A DNA stretch of 64,000 nucleotides from Takakia lepidozioides. Lineage: Eukaryota; Plantae; Bryophyta. Shown here piece after piece: positions 60,666-64,000 of this stretch. The notes under the pieces were generated by a model, which did not search any database, had not been told where the DNA came from, and worked only from the letters and a program-made list of their open reading frames with translations. Position 1 is the stretch's first letter. Each line of letters opens with the position of its first letter. Both the position numbers and the translations under genes were made by a program. The stretch covers positions 1,488,001 to 1,552,000 of the forward strand of contig CM060732.1 in the NCBI GenBank assembly GCA_030704615.1. Direction: 5' to 3'.

Positions 60666-62053
60666 GTTGTCACTTTCGACTGTTCCAACCATTTATAAGT
60701 GCCCAACAGGTTGAGAGTCCTACTTATGGAACTCATAAGCATGGCCTGCTGTGGGTCTTCATGGAGAACTTGCTGCTGTTCTCCCTGATCCTCCACAGTT
60801 TGATGTTTCACAAACCAGTCAGGCCAGGATCCTACAAGATCTTCTCCCTGAGCAACCTGATCCTCCACAGGCGCTGTAGTGCCTTGGCACTCTACCCCTT
60901 GAACCTCCTCCACAGGTTTGGGCATGACTGGCACAGCATGAATTTCTTTGGTCAGACCCTGTATCTTTGGTGCTACTGGTTCTCCGACCATGCCAGAGTT
61001 TTCATAGAGAAGGTCACCCTTCTCAATTTCTGCCACTACCTGCTATGAAGTAGGGATGTCCAACCCTTCTCCTTCCACAACAATAGGCTCTGGTGTAACA
61101 GTATGTACTATCCGAGTTACCTCTGGGGCAACTGAGTCAACTAGCTGTGATGGCTACACTGAAGTGACTTCTTTCTCCCTCTCCAAAGGCCGTGCTTTCA
61201 ACAATAACAGCCCCCTGTGCTGCTGTTCCCCATCCTGCACAAGAGCTATGGAAACATCATCTGGTGGTTTCCTTGTAGCTAGTGGATCTGCCACTACCGT
61301 CACATCCCGCTTTTGTCTCTTGGACTGGTGCTGCCCCTCCAATCCCTCTTCACCTTGTGAAGAGCCCTGCTCCTCAATTGCAGTTGTGACTGTCTCAAAC
61401 ACTCACATCTCCTTGCGTTCCCGCGCATCAAGCAAACATTAGTCAAGGATAATTTGCGCAATTATTGGGCCAGACACAATGATCGGGGACTTAGCAGTAT
61501 TATTTTGTAACCGCTTCATCTCTTCCACCAGACCGTTGTGCATCAACTCCGCCCAAGCCACATCCTCTCCCCTCAAGGCTTTCAGTACTTCCTTCGTGAA
61601 AGACCTGCTAAGATACTGTTGGTTCTGTTTCATGGCAAACAGAACGTTCAGTATTTGGCCTACTTCCCTTAACCCTGGGTACTCGGCCCTGGTGCAGGTG
61701 TATCCCTGGGTCTTAAAGAAACTCGTTTATTGGAACAAGTCCCCTATTTGCAATCTTGCCCTGTGCTCATCCACATTCACATGGCCCGATGGCAATTCAA
61801 ACAATTGCTGCAAGTACTGGGGAATAATCTCTATATCTACTCCCCTCACTTGTGTAACTCCTGTCCGAGGCTCAAAGTTCTGAATGAATTGAATCATGTA
61901 CCCCCGATGATGCAAGGACCATTCTTTGCGTAGCAACCCTTCCAATCGTAACTCCTTCAGCAGCTGCACTGCCTGTGGTGTAGCAATTATTTGCTTCTGT
62001 AGAATCGTGGTGCTCTTCACCCTGATATCCTCCATTCCCCTAATTCTCTTCAT
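60665..62053 (-). pseudogene. Extra ORF downstream of integrase (plant-transposon-protein / PMD-like N-terminal domain plus acidic low-complexity tail)
   Basis: Four listed ORFs (61727-62812, 61439-61633, 61154-61402, 60536-61036) share one frame and are separated only by stops. Motifs FIQNF...VRGVDIEI...LFELP and GEDVAWAELM. Confidence 0.68.
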
Positions 62054-62817
62054 CCCAGACAAACAAGAAGGCCTTGTTTGGAATAGCTGTAGGAAAGCTT
62101 GCAGGGCATAAAGCATGAAAGTATGGTTGGCACAAAAAAGAACATGTAAATGAGTGTAAGCCTGTGGGGCATGCAGATAGTGAGTGAGAGAGAATGTCCT
62201 TTCCACCCGTCCGTCCTTACGCCACTGCGTAAGTAATAATGCTAGTGTATAGTTTGTGATATCCGCCATAGCTACAAGGCTATAGCTTTGATTGCCCCTC
62301 CCGCCGAGATACTGGTTATTCAGAGCAAGCCCGACTTTTCCGCTCATAATTTTTCTAATTTCTTGTTCTTGTTTCTTGGAGGGAACCACCTGCATGAAAT
62401 TCACGTTTCTGATTGGTTGTTGCCCCCTCGGGTAACTTCTCAATTTTACCCCCATCTGCTCACATTCCCACTTGGAATGCCTACTAGGACAGCATATGTG
62501 GCAAAGATCCCCCTTTGCTATACGCATAAAGGGTTCCGTTACCTGCTCCCTGGATGCATTAATGGGTCCGCAATTAATTTCGGCTGTTGTACCGGGTAGG
62601 TACTTCGACGGCCCAGTTTGTCTTTTCGCATGATGGCACCCGCTATTGCAGTACATGCAAAGCGGAGTGCTTTGCCCCTTAGGCCACGTGTTCGAATTTA
62701 AACTCTCTCCCGTCTCCCTCTGTCCGCGTGGCTTTTTCTCCGAGTTTGACTCCCAAGCTGACCTCACACTTACCGGCCACTTTTCTGACGTTAACCCGCA
62801 TCCACTTGTCACCGACC

Positions 62818-64000
62818 CTATGGACTGTGCAATCCACGTAGGTTGTGTTGGGCTGTGTCACACTGTGGTGAGCTGTGATAAGCTGTGTGACGCTCGTGTT
62901 CTACACTCAGGCCATACACATTTGGCTTTACGACAAGTGCTTCATGCTCCATTGGTGTTACTGGTGTAACCTGTGACTGCTTCTGTGTTTCAAAATGCAA
63001 ATCATGCCGCAATGGTTTATCATGGATACCACTGTATCCTTTCAACTTATTGGCATTGACTCTTCCAGGCATCTCTTTGTTAATGGTTTGTAACATGGCT
63101 GTGTTGTTATCATACATCTTCTGTATGACATAAGGTCCTTTCCATGGTGACTTAAGCTTAGAAGCTTTAATCTTTCCCTTCTTCTGCAACCACATTACCA
63201 AATCACCCGTCTTAAAAGTCTTCAGTTTACCTTCATCAAACTGATCCTTCTTCTTCATCAGAATTCTGGTCATGTTATCTGCTGCATCCGCACGTACTTC
63301 CTCCACATGATATATTTCATGTTTCCTAACTTTAATTGAATCCTCCAATTCCATTCTTTTTCCCCATTCCGTTCTCATAGTAGGTAATAAGAATTCTACT
63401 CAAAGTAAAGCTTCCATACCATAAACTAATTGGAATGGTGTATACTTGGTTGTGACTTTATATGAAGTCTTGTATGACCACAAAGCTGTCAGTAGCTTTG
63501 TATCCCAATCCGTTCTGTTTGCATTGACTATCTTAGCCAAGATAGTCCATAATATTTTGTTGGTGGCCTCTGCCTGCCCATTGCCCTGTGGGTAATAGGT
63601 TGTACTCTTCATGTGCACAATCATGAACTCTTTAGTCAATAGTTCTATGGTCTCATTAATGAAGTGACTTCACTGGTCACTGATAAATTCCAGGGGACAG
63701 CCAAATCTTGTAAGTATGTTCTCATACAGGAACCTTGCTGTAGACTTAGCTGTGTTGTCCCTCATAGCCTTAGCTTCCACCCACTTTGTAGTATAATCAG
63801 TGGCTGTGATTATATACTTGTTCTGTGTATTCCTGGCTGGTGGGTTAATTGGTCCAACAAAGTCTAGTCCCCATTTCTGGAATGGTTCAGTAGGCATCGT
63901 AGGATGCAAAGCCATCTTCCCAGATCTTTGAAAAAGGTCCTAGCCTTTGACACTCATCACAATTCTTGCAATACTTGTGCACATCTTTGAACAAAGTAGG
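62818..64000 (-). pseudogene. Gypsy integrase (non-chromovirus), continuing beyond the window
   Basis: [54 protein letters not shown]; related to the integrase at 26300-27400. Confidence 0.93.

Overview
Eukaryotic, repeat-dense plant nuclear DNA, most likely from a seed-free land plant (bryophyte, lycophyte or fern; inferred from the TE repertoire and the PLS-class PPR, not proven). A 500-N scaffold gap lies at 9995-10494. Only one intact host gene was found: a 10-exon ALG9 alpha-1,2-mannosyltransferase (minus strand, 48057-53869, 586 aa when spliced by hand). It sits head-to-head with a decayed PLS-PPR gene preceded by shuffled copies of an OSB-type PDF motif. The rest is a nested, fragmented TE mosaic: a Ty3/Gypsy chromovirus-like element with LTR and iMet PBS, several pieces of non-chromovirus Gypsy elements, MULE-SWIM, hAT, CACTA ends, a Sola2-like transposase, RTEX-like and L1-like LINE pieces, a Naiad/Chlamys-like Penelope ORF, and foldback/hairpin elements. 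The strongest leads are: (1) an unknown extra ORF between PBS and gag whose two copies differ almost only at synonymous sites; (2) a C5 DNA-methyltransferase fragment (GWPCQ...ENV) among TE debris; (3) a PDF-motif array plus PPR architecture; (4) a Gypsy pol cut into three pieces and reordered C-A-inverted B with little loss; (5) a long post-integrase extra ORF preceded by a CCHC knuckle. All calls come from manual reading and motif recognition; no database search was run, and TE boundaries are approximate unless termini are quoted.
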